DNA of 64,000 nt from Camelus ferus (GCF_009834535.1 NC_045696.1:88476001-88540000), one strand, 5' to 3'; positions 1 through 13,064 are shown, counted from the stretch's first letter. Translations and numbers: made by a program. The notes: a model not told the origin generated them from the letters alone.

Positions 1-1995
1 TATTTTCCTAGGGAATTATTTGTTTCAACTAGGTTTTCAAATACATTTGCATGATGTTGTACAAAGTAGTCTCTTAAATGTTTAACATTTTCTGTTTCAA
101 TGCTTATCTTTCCCTTGACATTTCTTGTTTTGTATATTTTCTCCTTTTTCCTTTTCATGATTAGGCTAGCTGATGCTTTGTCTATTTAATTTTTTTTTCC
201 AAAGAATTATTTAGGTTATTTTCCCCAATGATTTATTTACTAGTTCTTTTATTTTCCCTATTCTAATCATTAATTTCTGCTTTTTGTTGTTTATTATTTT
301 CTTCTCCCTGCTTTCTTTTGATTTATTTTATTGCTCTCTTTCCAGGTTTGGAATTGCAATTTTCGTTCATTTATTTTCCTTCTTCCATTTCTAGTGATAA
401 AATTATTTTAGGCTGTTGATTTTCCTCCTATCACTGCTTTAATTGTTCCTCTATCTCCTACATTTCCTATAAAACAGAAGTTAGATCTAGAAGCCTGATT
501 AGATTTTTACCCACGAATACTTCACTGATGATATGAATAATCACATTTACCATGAGGCACACATTTCCAGTTGTCCCAGTTTTATTTTTGCTAAAGGTGA
601 TCATTGGGTTCTGGTGGTGCTGGCCAATTTTCTCCAGTTTGAAGTTCCCCATCAACACTTTACCTGATAGTTTTGGTAGCCTTAGGTGATAGTCTCATTA
701 GAGGTTGCAAAACAGTGAAGGGCTATTCTATCATTCCCTCTTTGTTCATTAGCTGGAATTCATCTACAAAAAAAAAGACTTTTCTTCATTAATTATTTAT
801 ACAGGAAAGGTAGGCGCTTTGGTGTTTTTTCCCGTGTTCTTCAATGTTTAGAGTGGTGACTTAGTAATCTAGCAACCTCCAATGGTAACCAATATGTTTT
901 GAAAGCCTCGTTATGAGCTCAGATTTATATATATTTGATGTTTCAATCCATTGCAGTCATTACTTTTTTTTAACTTAAGTTTTAAATTTTTACATTGTAT
1001 CTCTTTTCTCTTACTGTGAAAATCTAAGTTTATAGTAGCATGAACACAATTATTTAGTTGCTATTTTTTTCCCTACATCATGTCCCTATTAGTATTACAA
1101 TAAGCGGCAGTATGGAATTTCCTTGTGATTTTTTTTCTTTAGATTCTATGCCACTAGGGGTATCCCATATTCTTAAAAGAGAGATTGTTTTCTCTATGCA
1201 GCTATAGCACCAAATTGATATATGGTTAGGTTCACTTGTTTCCTTTCATTGTCAATTTTAGGGATCTGTTTTTCCCATTTTCAAATTATATAAATCAAAT
1301 TATATGGTTCCAAAGCCAAAAACTGAATCCACAGAAGTTTTTCTTCTGCCCTTGCCCCTTACCCTGCACTCTCCCCCAATCTAGGAAACCATTTTTTATT
1401 AGTTTTTGATGTATCCTTTCACTGTTACTTTTTGAAAAATATAAATGTTTATGCATTTATTTTCCCACCATTTCTCACACAAAAGGTAGCGCAACATAAA
1501 CACTGTCCTTCATCTTGCTTTATCTCCCTTAACAATCCTTAGCGATAGTTCCATACCTCATTCCTTTCTACAATTGCATAATTCTCTAGTACTTGCATGA
1601 CCCATAGTTTACTAAACTGGTTCCCTATCACTGAACATTTGGATTGTTTTCATGTTTGTGGTATTGTTTTTGTTTTTGTTTACTATACCAAATAATACCA
1701 CTATAGTTTATGCCTATTATAGTAATTTATATGTTACAAACAATTTCATATTTCTGCAAGTATATCTTCAGGAGACAGTCCTGGATGTGAGTGGATGTTG
1801 GGTCAAAGGGTAAATGCTCATGTAATTTTTCTAGACATTGCCAAACTCCCCACCACAGAGGTTACACTACATTTTTTCCTTTCCACTAGTGATGAGAAGA
1901 CCTGTTACTTGCCAGCCTCTCAGTCTCTAACTTCTGGATGTTTATCAATCTGATGGGTCAGAAATGCCATCTCAAAGTAGTTTTAATTAGCATTC
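1..1995 (-). mobile_element. Degraded old LINE-1 fragments (L1M-type patchwork)
   Basis: T-rich antisense L1-like phrases (e.g. catctcaaagtagttttaattagcatt, ggtcaaagggtaaatgc). Boundaries approximate. Confidence 0.55.
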
Positions 1996-2004
1996 CTAGA
2001 TTTC

Positions 2005-3800
2005 TTTTTTTTTTTTTTTTCCCAACTTACTTTTCACTTTTTAAAACATTTTTCACCGTAGGAAAATATATGTAAGTTTTAAGCATACAGTTCAGTGGCA
2101 TCAAGTATGTTCACATTGTTGTGCAACCAGCACCACTGTCTATCTACAGAACTGGCATCATCCTAAGCTGAAACTCCATACCTATTAAACATTAACTCCC
2201 CATTCCTCCTCTATCCACCACCGGTAACCACGGTTCTACTTTTTGTCTCCACATATCTGAGAATTCTAGGTACCTTATGTAAGTAGAATCATACGGCACT
2301 GGTACATTTGTGTCTGGCTTATTTCACTTAACAGTATATCCCACTCATCCATGTTGTAGCATGTATTAGAATTTCACTCCTTTTTAAGGCTGAATAATAT
2401 TCTATAGAATGTGTATATCTCATTCTATTTATTTATTCATCCACTGATAGATATTTGGGTTGTTTCCATCTTTTGGTTATTGTGAATAATGCTGCTATGA
2501 ACATTAGTTTACAAATATCTGTTCAAATCTCTACTTTCAGTTCTTTTGTATGTATACCCAGAAGTAGAATCGTTGGATCATATGGTAATTCAATGTTTAA
2601 TTTTTTAAGGAACTGTCATATTTTTTTCACAGTGGCTGCATGACTTTACATTCCCACTAGCAATGCCCAAGGGATCCAATTTCTCCACATTCTTGCCAAA
2701 AAAGGTTTTCTGTTTTTTTGATAATAACCATTCTAATGGGCCTGAAGTGGTATTTCATTGTGGTTTTGATGTGCATTTCCCTAATTATTAGTGATACTGA
2801 ACATCTTTTCATGTGCTTATTAGTTATTTGTACATCTTCTTTGGAGAACTGTCCTTTCAAATTCTTTGCCTGTTTTTGAACTGGGTTGTACGTGTGTGTG
2901 TGTTGAGTTTTAGGAGTTTTTTTTTATACATTCTGGATATTAATCCCTTATCACCTATATGATTTGCAAGTATTTTTTTCTCATTCTGTGAACTGCCTTT
3001 TTACTCTGTTGACAGTGTCCTTTGACACACGTTAAGTTTCTAATTTTGCTGAAGTCCAATTTGTCTATGGTTTTCTTTTGTTTCTTATGCTGTTGTTATC
3101 ATATCCAAGAAATCACTGCCAAATCTGACGTCATGAAGATTTTCCTGTTTTCATCTGAGAGTTTATAGTTTTAGCTTTTTGTATAGCTCTTCAACCCATT
3201 TTGAGTTAATTTTTATTTATGTTAGATGATGGTCCAACTTCATTCTTTTGGAAGTGGATAGCCAGTTTTCCCAGTGCCATTTGTTGAAAAAACTGTCCTT
3301 TCGCCATGAATGGTACTGGCACCCTTGTTGAAAACCATTTGGCCATATATTTTGATGGGTTATTTCTAGGCCCTCTAATTCTATTCCTTTGGTCTATAAG
3401 TTTATCTTTATGCCAGGCCCACAATGTTTTAATTACTGTAGCTTTGTAATAAGAAACTGGGAAGTGTGAGACCTTCAAGTTTGTTCTTTTTCAAGATTGT
3501 GTTGGTTTTGGGGTCCCATAAGAATCTGTATGTATTTTAGGACGGATTTTTCTATTTCTATTTCTCTAGAAAGGTTAGAATTCTAATAGGGATTGCACTA
3601 ACTCTGTAGATCACTATTAAGACTTTCATTCCATGAACATCAGATGTTCCCATTTATTTATTTGTTTATTTTCATTTCTTTGTGCGATGTTTTATAGTTT
3701 TCAGTGTCTTTCACCTCCTTGGTTAAGTTAATTCCTAAGTATTTTTATTCTTTTTGATGCTATTATAAATCGAACTGTTTTCTTAATTTCCTTTTCAGAT
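2005..3800 (-). mobile_element. LINE-1 3' portion (L1MA/MB-like): ORF2 C-terminal remnants, 3'UTR and poly(A)
   Basis: Poly-T at ~2005-2020. Minus-strand ORFs FSKEDVQITNKHMKRCSVSLIIREMHIKTTMKYH and [25 protein letters not shown] match L1 ORF2. Confidence 0.9.
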
Positions 3801-3987
3801 TGATAATTATTCAATATTTCTCTTATTATGGGCAGGCTGAGAATCTTTTCATATGTTTAGGAGCCATTTGTAGTTCTTTTTCTGTGGAACTGTCTGCTTG
3901 TACCTTTTACTCATTTTTCTATTGCACAGTTGCTATTTTTCTCTCCATTTTTAGGAGCTCTTTGTATGTTACTAATATTAGCCTTCT

Positions 3988-4337
3988 GGATAAAGGTTTA
4001 AGACACAGATATATGCATATGTCAAAAATCAGTGAATGCACTTAAGATTTGTGCATTTCACTATATTTAAATTTTATATCAGAAGAAACACCTGTAAATA
4101 AATACTGAATTCTGGTTAATGATACACATGCATCAATATACTGATGTTTGCAATTTACTTTGAAATGCACCAAAAATAAATATGGATTAATGGATGAATA
4201 GAGATAAAATATATACATGATAAAGCAAGTACAGTAAAATGTTAATGGCAGAATCTAGGCAGTGAGTATTCTCTACAAAATTTTTAAAAATTTGCTATAT
4301 GTTTGAAAATGTTTATAATGAAATATTGGGGAGAAAG
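3988..4337 (+). mobile_element. LINE-1 3'UTR fragment (L1MC-like), sense, with apparent TSD
   Basis: Typical L1MC 3' phrases (ttgtgcatttcactata, tgcaatttactttgaaatgca, gtaaaatgttaatggcagaatctagg). Flanked by attagccttct (3977-3987) and attagccctct (4338-4348). Confidence 0.7.
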
Positions 4338-5343
4338 ATTAGCCCTCTAATGACAGACATTACAAATATTTTCTCCAAGTTGTCATTTTTTTTACTTTGC
4401 TTACAGTTTTCTCCTCATGAAGTATTTTTTAAAAAACTTTTATATAAATGCATTTATGAATTTTTTATTATCTTAATTTTAAGTCATATTTTGTGAGGTT
4501 TTCCCTTTCTTGTGTTATATAGCAATTCACTCACGCTTTCTTCTACTTGCACTGTTTTCTTTGTGTGTGTATTTCAGTCAAATCATTTTTTTTAAGAAAT
4601 AAATCACTGCAGATTTAGTGAAGTGCCCTGTGCTACCCTAGTCTTTGTCCCCTTACCCCTCACTAGAGGTAATCATGCCTGTGCTTTGGTTATAAGTTTA
4701 CTACATATATATACATACACATGCACATATATATCTACATGCACATATATGTATTTACAAACAATATGTAACTATTTTCACATTTGTAAAACATACTCAT
4801 AAATAGCACCTTTATGAAACTTGCTTTCTTTGATTATTATATTTTTGAAATCTATTCAAGCTGAGAAATATAGCTCTAATCCACCCATTTTAACTATCAA
4901 ATGAAATTCTTCCTAAAACATGCTGCATTTATTTATCAAGCCCCCAATTTGTGCATATGACTGTGTTTCAGATTCCTCTCAGTTAAAAGAAAGCTGTCAT
5001 AGACATTTTTGTACACACTCTCTTGTGCACATGAGCAAGCTTCTCCAGGGAAGACATCTAAGAGTGGAACTGCTGGTTTACAGGTTATGTGCATCTTCAA
5101 TTTTATGAGAGAAATGATTCATACAATCATCACCAGTGATTACATCCTGACAACTTGATATTATTGTACTTTAAGATTTCTAGCAATGAGTAGGTATAAA
5201 ATTGTATCTCATTGTGGCTTTAATTTGCATTTCCCTGATTCCTATGAAAATGTGCCTCTTTTCAGCTATCTATTGGCTATGCAGATTTCCTCTTCTGTAA
5301 ATTACCTCTTCATTCCCTTTGTGAATTTCTCTCCCAGTCTAAG

Positions 5344-5521
5344 CAGGGCCATTTGCTTGAGTGTGGGAACTGTGCAGTCACACAGGGCTCTGCACTCAGA
5401 AGAGCCCTGTGTTTTGTTTAATGCTCCACTCTTGCTGTTTTGAAATTCTTAATAACTTTTTAACAAGGGGACCTGCATTTTCATTTTGCACTGGGCTCCA
5501 CAAAGTATGTAGCTGGTCCTC
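5344..5521 (+). mobile_element. MER45A-like hAT-Tip100 non-autonomous DNA transposon
   Basis: cagggcc...tgtgcagtcacacagggctctgcactcagaag...gaaattcttaata...cattttcattttgcactgggc...ggtcct matches the recalled MER45A consensus. Confidence 0.75.
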
Positions 5522-5571
5522 AGGCTGAGCCATGTTTGAACTGAGTTTTGAAGGATGAAGAGGGATTCATA

Positions 5572-5785
5572 TAGAATTGCATTATTCAATATGGCGGCCA
5601 CTTAGTCTCATGATTCTATATGGTGGCTACGTAAATTTAAATTAAGTAAAATTAAAAATTCAGTTCCTCAGTCTCATTAGCTACATTTCATGTGCTCAGT
5701 AATGACAAATGATTAGCACCTATGGTTTTGGAAAGCAGAGAGCATTTTTGTTATCACAGGAAGTCCTATCAGACAGTGCAGCCCT
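5572..5785 (+). mobile_element. MER3-like hAT-Charlie DNA transposon
   Basis: aaaattcagttcctcagtc...ctacatttcatgtgctca...tcacaggaagtcctatcagacagtgc, typical of MER3/MER33. Confidence 0.65.
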
Positions 5786-7739
5786 GGACTCTTTTTACAG
5801 TTAGACTGGAGAAGTACTACTACAGAAGATGTGGGCTTTGGGTGAGCCAGGTGATGTGGTTCCAGGGTGGAGGGAATCATGGCCTGAAGCTGCGTTCTGA
5901 GGGAGCAGTGGGTACAACGATGAGTGCATGAAAATGCACTTACAGCAGGAACCAGAGCAGCAGGAGCTGGTCGGCTGAGGCAGACTGTGAAGAGCTTTGT
6001 AGCCCTCTGGACTGTGCCCTGTGGGGAGACACTGACCAAATTAAAGCAGGAGTGCATGAAAAGATCTGGGTTTGAGGAAGACAGCCCTCGAGGTAATGTG
6101 AAGGATTCAACGGGCAACCTGGAAGTCAGGGGCACAGAGAGCTCTGACACAAACCCAGGTGAGAGAGGAGGCTTTTTGGGGAACAGGGGAAGGATCAGAA
6201 AGTTGTGGTCTCAGAGACAGAGTCCACTGGGTCTTGGCAACTGTCTGGACATGTGGAGTAATGGAGAGGGAAGAACTGAGGGTCAAACTTGGGTGACTGA
6301 TAAACAGGTCTGCTTTAACCAAATCAGGAATCCAAGAGAATACACAGACTTTACGGGAAGGTACTGAGGTTGACTAGGACACATTAAATTTGAGGAATTC
6401 TGGGACATTTGTTCATCAGTCTCCCTACTTGCCAAATGAAGGTAGTGACAATATCCATCCCACAGAAATACTGAGTTAATAACCAACTGATACAGTATGT
6501 GTGAGTACACTTTGTTAATGTTTAAGTGCCATATGCATGTTATCCAGCATCAGTCCTGTATGTATCTGTGGTCTGATGGAAGGAAATGCAGGGGAGAGAC
6601 TGAAATACTGCCTGCATTTGCACAAAAACAGCACCATCCATCTAGTTCAGTAAGACAGGAGACGCTGCAGGAAAATGAAGAAGAGAATGAAAAATGTGGA
6701 TAGTCAAGTGAGAAATATAAGATAACAAATCATCAATTAGAAATACACCCCAGCTGCTTCTAAACATAATAAACTGTCAAGGCTTTCTGTCAAGTGGAAG
6801 AAGACAGAGTTACAATGAGGTTTGGGAGAAAACACATATTAAAAAACTCAACTGAGCAATTAGTAGCAGCATTTACCCTAGATTAGAAACCCTCTCCAGA
6901 ATTACTTCTGCCTTGGAACATACACAGCATATATTACAAACTGTTGTTACATTTTGATTTTTATCTGCAGACACATTTAAAGTTAAAATGTAGTATGTCT
7001 TTAAAGGTGATTGCTAGTTCAAACTTATCATTAAGCATATGGCTTCCGAACACTTGATGATATGTTTGGAAAATTGCTAGGAAGTTTATCTGATTGATTA
7101 GACAGCATTTGGGTGTGAAATATAACTCTTTGATGCATGCTGTTCTTTTGGAATTTGGAGGTAGCACAAGATACTTAATTTTGTTTTTGTGAAGTAAGCA
7201 AATAACCTGACTTTAAACCTCAGTTAGGTTGTTCAGTTAAATCCCATACCTATCCGCTGAAGATACAGCACAGCAATGCAGAGCGGTAGCACAGAGTTTC
7301 TTCCCTCAAGGAGCTGAGATCTCATAGCCAGAGACACCGGTAAGTAAGTACTGAGAGAAAAGAGTGAGTGCTCACAGAACCAGAAACAGGCAGGGGTGAT
7401 ATGGGCAAAGGGAGAGTAAGAATGGTATCTGCCATCAGAGATCATAAATCTAAAGTTTTATGACTCAATCTGAATGAGACTCTGAGAGCCAGTCTAATTT
7501 CAAGGTCGTATCAGCCCTGTCTGCCTCGGGGGGGCCCACAGCAGAAATCTGCCACTTAGTTCAGCTTTCTGTGTGGATCACAATTGGGGATGGGTGGTTA
7601 TCACTAGGCTTGAAGTTAAATAGATGATCCAGACCACCTGATTTTGAGCAAAGGCCCAGTGCAATCCATACTACAGATCTAAGTTTGCATTTGGCCAAGA
7701 GTAGTGTGGTAGCTCCTTTCCATAAACATACAGCCCCCA

Positions 7740-7920
7740 CCACACTCCCGGCAGTGAGCCTCATCTCCTGGTGATCATGCCTTGCCTGATCCCCTCCCCT
7801 TGAAACCTGAATGGCCCTATGCTTGCCACTGACCAACAGAATGTTACAAAAATGATGCTATATAACTTTCAAGGTTAGCTTCTATCTTGGACTCTTAGAA
7901 AGCTGATCCTGATGAAATTC
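7740..7920. mobile_element. MLT1-like MaLR LTR fragment
   Basis: cccctccccttgaa...tgaccaacagaatg...tgatgctatataacttt is a recurrent MLT1 phrase. Confidence 0.45.
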
Positions 7921-8639
7921 AGATCAACTGGCAGGGGCAAGAGCAGATGCTAATTTGCTGATGCAAACAAAAACCACTGATACAATCCACTGACTTAGAC
8001 TGACTTACTAAAAACTGTAGAAGTAGGGATATAGACTCCTGTTTAGAACCCAACATTTGTCTGTGGAATAAACGATACCCTCTGAGAGTTTTCTTGTGGG
8101 AGCTGAAGTGGTCACTGTTATACAGAGAAAACTTGACAGAGATCTCACCCAACAGAGCTTATGAGCTTAAATGGATGAGCTCACACTCATGTATGACATA
8201 AGCCAGAGACCAGAAGACTACAGGCAGAGATTACACACACTATTACATATTCTTGATTTGTTCCTGTTATTAGAATGGAAATGGGAGTTTACTGCAAGTA
8301 TGCCCAGCTAAATGTAGGAAACTCCTGGATTTTATCAAATCTTAAAATAAGCATCACAAGACCTTGTAGAAAGTATCACTGCTTTTACCACAATTATCCA
8401 TAGGAACTCTAAAGTGGCCCAAACTCCAGAGTCCAGAGTTTTACTGTTCTTTGAATGAAGCTAGAGTGTCTAATTCAATGAAGCATCTAGCACGAGGTGA
8501 TCTGAAGTAGTGGGTACCAGAATGATCCAGATGACAGATTATTCTATTCACCTAGATGAATGCATCTGTAATCCTGCAGGGATCTAAGACTTTCTCTTCC
8601 AAACAGTTCCAAAGTTTCCACTCCACAGACTACCTATTA

Positions 8640-9330
8640 ACCACCAAAGGGAAAATGGACTTTAGAGACATCTGGAGGACACTTCAGATTTCATTGATCA
8701 CTGATACTACGACGACCTAATATTAAGTATATAAGAATATGAGGTGTTTAATATTTACAATTACTTTCTACCTGATGGAAAACAATAAGAAGAGCACCTC
8801 ATAAATATGCCATCTTACGAGGATCCTTGCCATCTAACAACCTCTCAAACTTCCTTCTAGCTTACAGGAAATGTGGGAGCTAGAGAAAAAGTCAAATGAC
8901 ATCAGGAGGAAAACAAGGTCAAACAAATTGAGAAAGAATCCTCTGCCAGATAACTGGCCTAGACTCTTCAAAAAGTCAATACCACAAAATAACACAGGTG
9001 GAGGACTGTTCTGCATTCAAAGGGTACCTAACAAACAACGTGATGCATGAATCTTCACTGGACCATCTGTCTACAAAACCAATACATAAGACCTTTTTTG
9101 ACAACTGGAGAAATTTGCATATAGGCTAGATACTAGGTGATATCAAATCATTGTTTCTTAGACGTAATTCAGGTTCTTACATGGTTGCATACGAGAGTGT
9201 CTTGGTCTTTATTCTTAGGAAATGCCGGCTGAAGTATTTAGGAGAGAAAGAAAGAAAGCAGTTACAGCAAAATGGTAACAGTTACTCATTCTCGGAGGAA
9301 TGTGTATCAGTGTTCACTGAACTACTCTTT
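8640..9330 (+). mobile_element. Old LINE-1 3'UTR fragment (L1ME/MC-like)
   Basis: aactggcctagactcttcaaaaagtcaat, gacaactggagaaatttg, gctgaagtatttagg. Boundaries approximate. Confidence 0.55.
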
Positions 9331-9879
9331 CAACTTCCCACACCGTGCTGCTGCTGCCAAACTGTTCACAGCGCCACAGACGAGTGGCCAGAATGGGGAA
9401 CTGTCTTCAGTTGGCACTATTCCAGGAGTGCCGGGAGAGGAAATATTATTTCTGGATTTATTCAACAACTTCCACGCAGAGGCAAGTCCAACCAGAAGCC
9501 ATACCGCAACATCCAGCTCCCTAGGACCAAGAGTTGGTGATGACTCAGGGTGGGACAGACCTTTGAATTCTCCAGACTAAGGGAGAGTTTCCAGAGGCAT
9601 TTCCGGAGAACATGCGACTCCCTGGGACTCCTGTACACGTCTCAGACCACTGTAACCCCGACATATCCCCACCCTTCATTTTCTATTGACTCCAGAAGAG
9701 GCACGTGCATTTCTTGAGAGAGCAAAGAACTTCCCAAGGTTTCTTCTTTCTTTCATAGCTCTGTGGGGATTTCAACAAGTAAACCCCTCCAGTATGCCTC
9801 GAGGCCAGGTATTTACACAACCGGAAATCAGAGCAGGCAGCGCAAAGAGGAGCGAGTGTTAAACAGAAACCCTTGCCGA

Positions 9880-10650
9880 GGTCGGCCGCTACGTCGCCAA
9901 CCCCTGCCAGCCTCAAATGTAAAATGCCTACCTAGTACCACAGTGCCTGGAGGACAAGGTGCTGACGAGAATCCAGACGGCGTGCCCAGACCACCGCGGA
10001 GACCTCGCCGGGGCTCCGGGCCCGCGCGTGCGTGCGAGAGAGCGAGTGAGCGAGGGGCTTCCCGGCCGCGGCGCGTGGTCTGCGCGCGCCCGGCCGTGCG
10101 TGCGGCTGCGGGGAGGCTGCGTGTGCGCGCGGGGCGGGAACGTCGGGCGCCCGCCCGCGTCGGAGTAGGGTGCGCGCCGCACACGGCAGGTGAGTATGGG
10201 CAGGGGGTGGTGGGACGGCCGGAGGCCTTGGAGACCCCCGGGGCTGGGTGGCGGGCGTGGCCTTGGGACCCGCTGCTCCCGGGACGCTCCCTCCTCCGGG
10301 ATACCGAGGCCCCAGCGGCTGGGCAGGAGGCGGGCAGGGCGGCGCCGCCCACTCCTCCGGCCCTCTCCCGGAGCGCGGCCGGGGTGGCGCTGCGAGCCGC
10401 CGCGCCCTGGGGTTCGGGCCTCCGCGATGATCGGCGGCTCCACGGGGTGAGCGCGGGAGGTGGGGCCCGGCGGGGCCGTGGGTGACACTGAGGAGCGCCG
10501 GTGTGCGTGGCGGGGCCAGGCCGCGGCTGCGAAGAGCATGCTGTCCTCCCTGCTCTGCCCTGGGGCGCAGCCCACACCTCGTCGCTCCGGGCCGCTCTGG
10601 CGACAGAAGCCGGGAGAAGCTCAAGGCGCATTGGCCAGGGAGAGAGGACG
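9880..10650 (+). promoter_or_regulatory. B3GALNT1: CpG island promoter / first exon region of B3GALNT1
   Basis: Very GC- and CpG-dense stretch in an AT-rich background. GC box/E2F-like GGGGCGGGAA at 10131-10140, ETS-like ACCGGAAAT just upstream at 9820-9828, and a perfect donor CAG|GTGAGT at 10189/10190. Confidence 0.9.
10030..10189 (+). other. B3GALNT1: B3GALNT1 non-coding exon 1 (5' boundary/TSS approximate)
   Basis: Consensus donor CAG|GTGAGT inside the CpG island, followed by G-run-rich intronic sequence. The TSS cannot be determined from sequence. Confidence 0.7.
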
Positions 10651-11049
10651 GGAACGGTGTTTTGATGTGAGATTGCCCAGCAGGCCCGGAGAGAACGCAT
10701 TCCCAAGGCGCTGGGGAAGGGCCTGGGAGCTGAATTGTGGGAGGCTGCTTCCTCCTGGGGAGGGATTGGGAGGAATACGGACCTAAGGAGGAGAATGGGC
10801 GAATTGGGCAGGGAGAGGAGGAAACCCCAAGGGTCTAGAGCAACATGGTTTATAAGAGGCAATCTTAACGAACATACAAGGCATTTTGAAAGAAATCTTT
10901 AAGGTGCAATGGAGTCTCACTTTTCCAAGCGGTAAGGAATGATGCCAGCAGCAAGCACGAGTAGCATTCGTATTCCTTCTCTTCCACTCCCCACTGCTGT
11001 TCTAGGAGGGAGATTCGCAAAGCAGATTTTTTCTGTGTACTTTGCACAG

Positions 11050-11083
11050 AGTACCAGCGTTTAGGAGGTGGCTGCTTTGTCAG
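11050..11083 (+). other. B3GALNT1: Candidate B3GALNT1 non-coding 5'UTR exon (alternative upstream acceptor at 11005/11006)
   Basis: Acceptor ttttttctgtgtactttgcacag|AG and donor CAG|gtagag. A second acceptor, ccactgctgttctag|, lies 44 nt upstream. Confidence 0.4.
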
Positions 11084-11571
11084 GTAGAGCTACTAACAAG
11101 GAACAGGTTAACCAAACCATGTCTTTTATTTTTTCCCCCCTGCTTTCCGAGATAAGGAAGATTTGAGTTTGCAGTCTTCAGCTGGAAGCAACTTTGTGTT
11201 TTAGCTTTCCGCAGGCGGCTTAGACAGAAGTAGGGGAGCTGATTTTGTGCTGTCAGAATGTGTTGATGCTTGATAAAAGCACACTTTGAACCTGCATCAG
11301 TGTAGGGAAGGGAACTGTTTACGTTTCGAGATAAGAATCTAAGACATTTTCGTTCTCCTAGACTAGAAGTTTCATTCAAATGAATGGTCACTGGGTAATT
11401 CCAACCCAGAAAATAAAGCAGTGGCCAAATAAAATTACATGTTAGATATATGAAGTGATTTGAGAGTAAGGAGGAAGAAGTGAGGATCAAAGCTTTTCTG
11501 AAAATGAAAAGAATGTTGATACATAATGATTTGCTCCTCTAGCAGCTTGCTAGATATAGAATGTTGGTTTT

Positions 11572-11685
11572 ATTTATTTATTTATTTTCTTTTTTTTTTT
11601 AGTTGAAGTATAGTCAGTTACAGTGTGTCAATTTCTGGTGCACAGCACAATGTCCCAGTCATGCATATACATACTACATACATTC
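11572..11685 (-). mobile_element. Young, extremely 5'-truncated lineage-specific L1 (3' terminus + poly(A)) with 16-bp TSD
   Basis: T-rich tail then agttgaagtatagtcagttacagtgtgtcaatttctggtg... TSD atagaatgttggtttt (11556-11571) / atagaaggttgatttt (11686-11701). Confidence 0.8.
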
Positions 11686-11755
11686 ATAGAAGGTTGATTT
11701 TGGTGTCATGTTGTTGTTACGACCCAGGTACATTCTTTTCTGTTCTTCTGTTCAG

Positions 11756-11845
11756 TAGTTCACAGCACATCTTTTTAATTAAAACATGGAATATTGAAAA
11801 CAAAAAACTTCAGCTAGTGCTTTAGTCTCACCTGAAATTCTACAG
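11756..11845 (+). other. B3GALNT1: B3GALNT1 non-coding 5'UTR exon (90 nt; NAGNAG alternative start 11759)
   Basis: Long polypyrimidine tract ttcttttctgttcttctgttcag|tag and donor CAG|gtaggt. Spacing fits the known multi-exon 5'UTR organisation of this gene. Confidence 0.6.
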
Positions 11846-13064
11846 GTAGGTTCATCTCATTTTAATTGAGAAATTATCCTTATTGGTTAAAATTGACCAT
11901 GATGGTGTCCTTTACAAGATTTTAAGGATCATTTATGCAGCTACAAATTTTGTTATATATTCTAGTATATTTCTTTCCCCCAAAGGATTTGAGGAGTTGC
12001 AAGGGTTAAGCTCAACTAAACCATTTTGGATAACATATATTTGGATAATAATATATATAAATTGTATCATTATTAAAATACCATGGTATCTCAGGAAAAC
12101 TTAGCTAAACTTTGGTCATCTTCACCTCAAAATCAGACTCAATGTAACTCTCTTTATCCCTAAGAAAATACACTAGTTGATATTTTTCTGTCTTTTCCCT
12201 CCCCGTCCAATGATTTGCCTTGTCTCTGAGACCAGTCTCCAGCTCTGTTCTGTCCACCATTGGATGATACAGGTAGAATCCCATTTTAGGAAACACCTTT
12301 ATCCCTTTCACAGCTATATAATGTCCAGGCCACATATGCTTTTCTGTTGCAGCTCTAATAGCTGTCATTGCTCATCCCTGCTCACTGTGTGGTAGGTAAC
12401 CACACTGTACAGCTTCATGAATGAGGTCAAAACTGGGGGTCAGACAAGATGCTCTTAAGTGACCTGGCACCATAGATAAGTTCCAAAGTTGCAGTTCATT
12501 TAACAGCAGTCTCTTTGGCAAAATATCTCTGGGGACCATGAACGATGATTTTGTTTCAGTAAAAAGTTGCATATTATACATACTGGTTTGTTTTAGGCGC
12601 CAGAGCCCTTGGCACATTGTGAATTAGAGAAGGGAAGGTGAGGGTATGAGCTAGAGGGATTTGCAGAGGGCACGTCTTGATGAGGGGGAGATGAAGCCAC
12701 AGAACAATCTGTAGAGTGGGGCCCCAAGAGGCTGCAGGATTGAAGAGTTGGCCTGGGAGATAACTTGCACCCCTTGAAACTCTGAGCAATTAAGGAATAA
12801 AACCCAGAAAACTAGAGTAGATTCTGTTGCCCATGCTCTGTGGGTCTGACCCTGACCCAAGTAGCTAGCCAGGAGGCGAAGGCCTCTTATTGTCCCTTTA
12901 CAGCATCCACAGCCTAAGTTAACACTTCTCAGCCCTGCTCCCTCCAGGAACCGTTTCATGGGGGAAACATGTTTCCAGCACTAGGATCTCCTTTCTGTCC
13001 TGTGGCCTTTGGGGGTAATGAGGAAACTTAAAGAAGAGAGATCTTAAGAGGTTTTAGTGCTATT

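Noticed and set aside
5587..5599. YY1-like caatatggcggcc
   Set aside because: Inside a MER3 remnant; a single motif with no supporting context.
5713..6367. 145-147 aa ORFs on both strands
   Set aside because: Lie over MER3 and L2-like decayed repeats; no recognisable protein.
9763..10862. Long overlapping ORFs (240, 344, 215, 230 aa) on both strands
   Set aside because: Low-complexity Arg/Pro/Gly/Ala translations caused by stop-codon scarcity in the CpG island. No recognisable domain.
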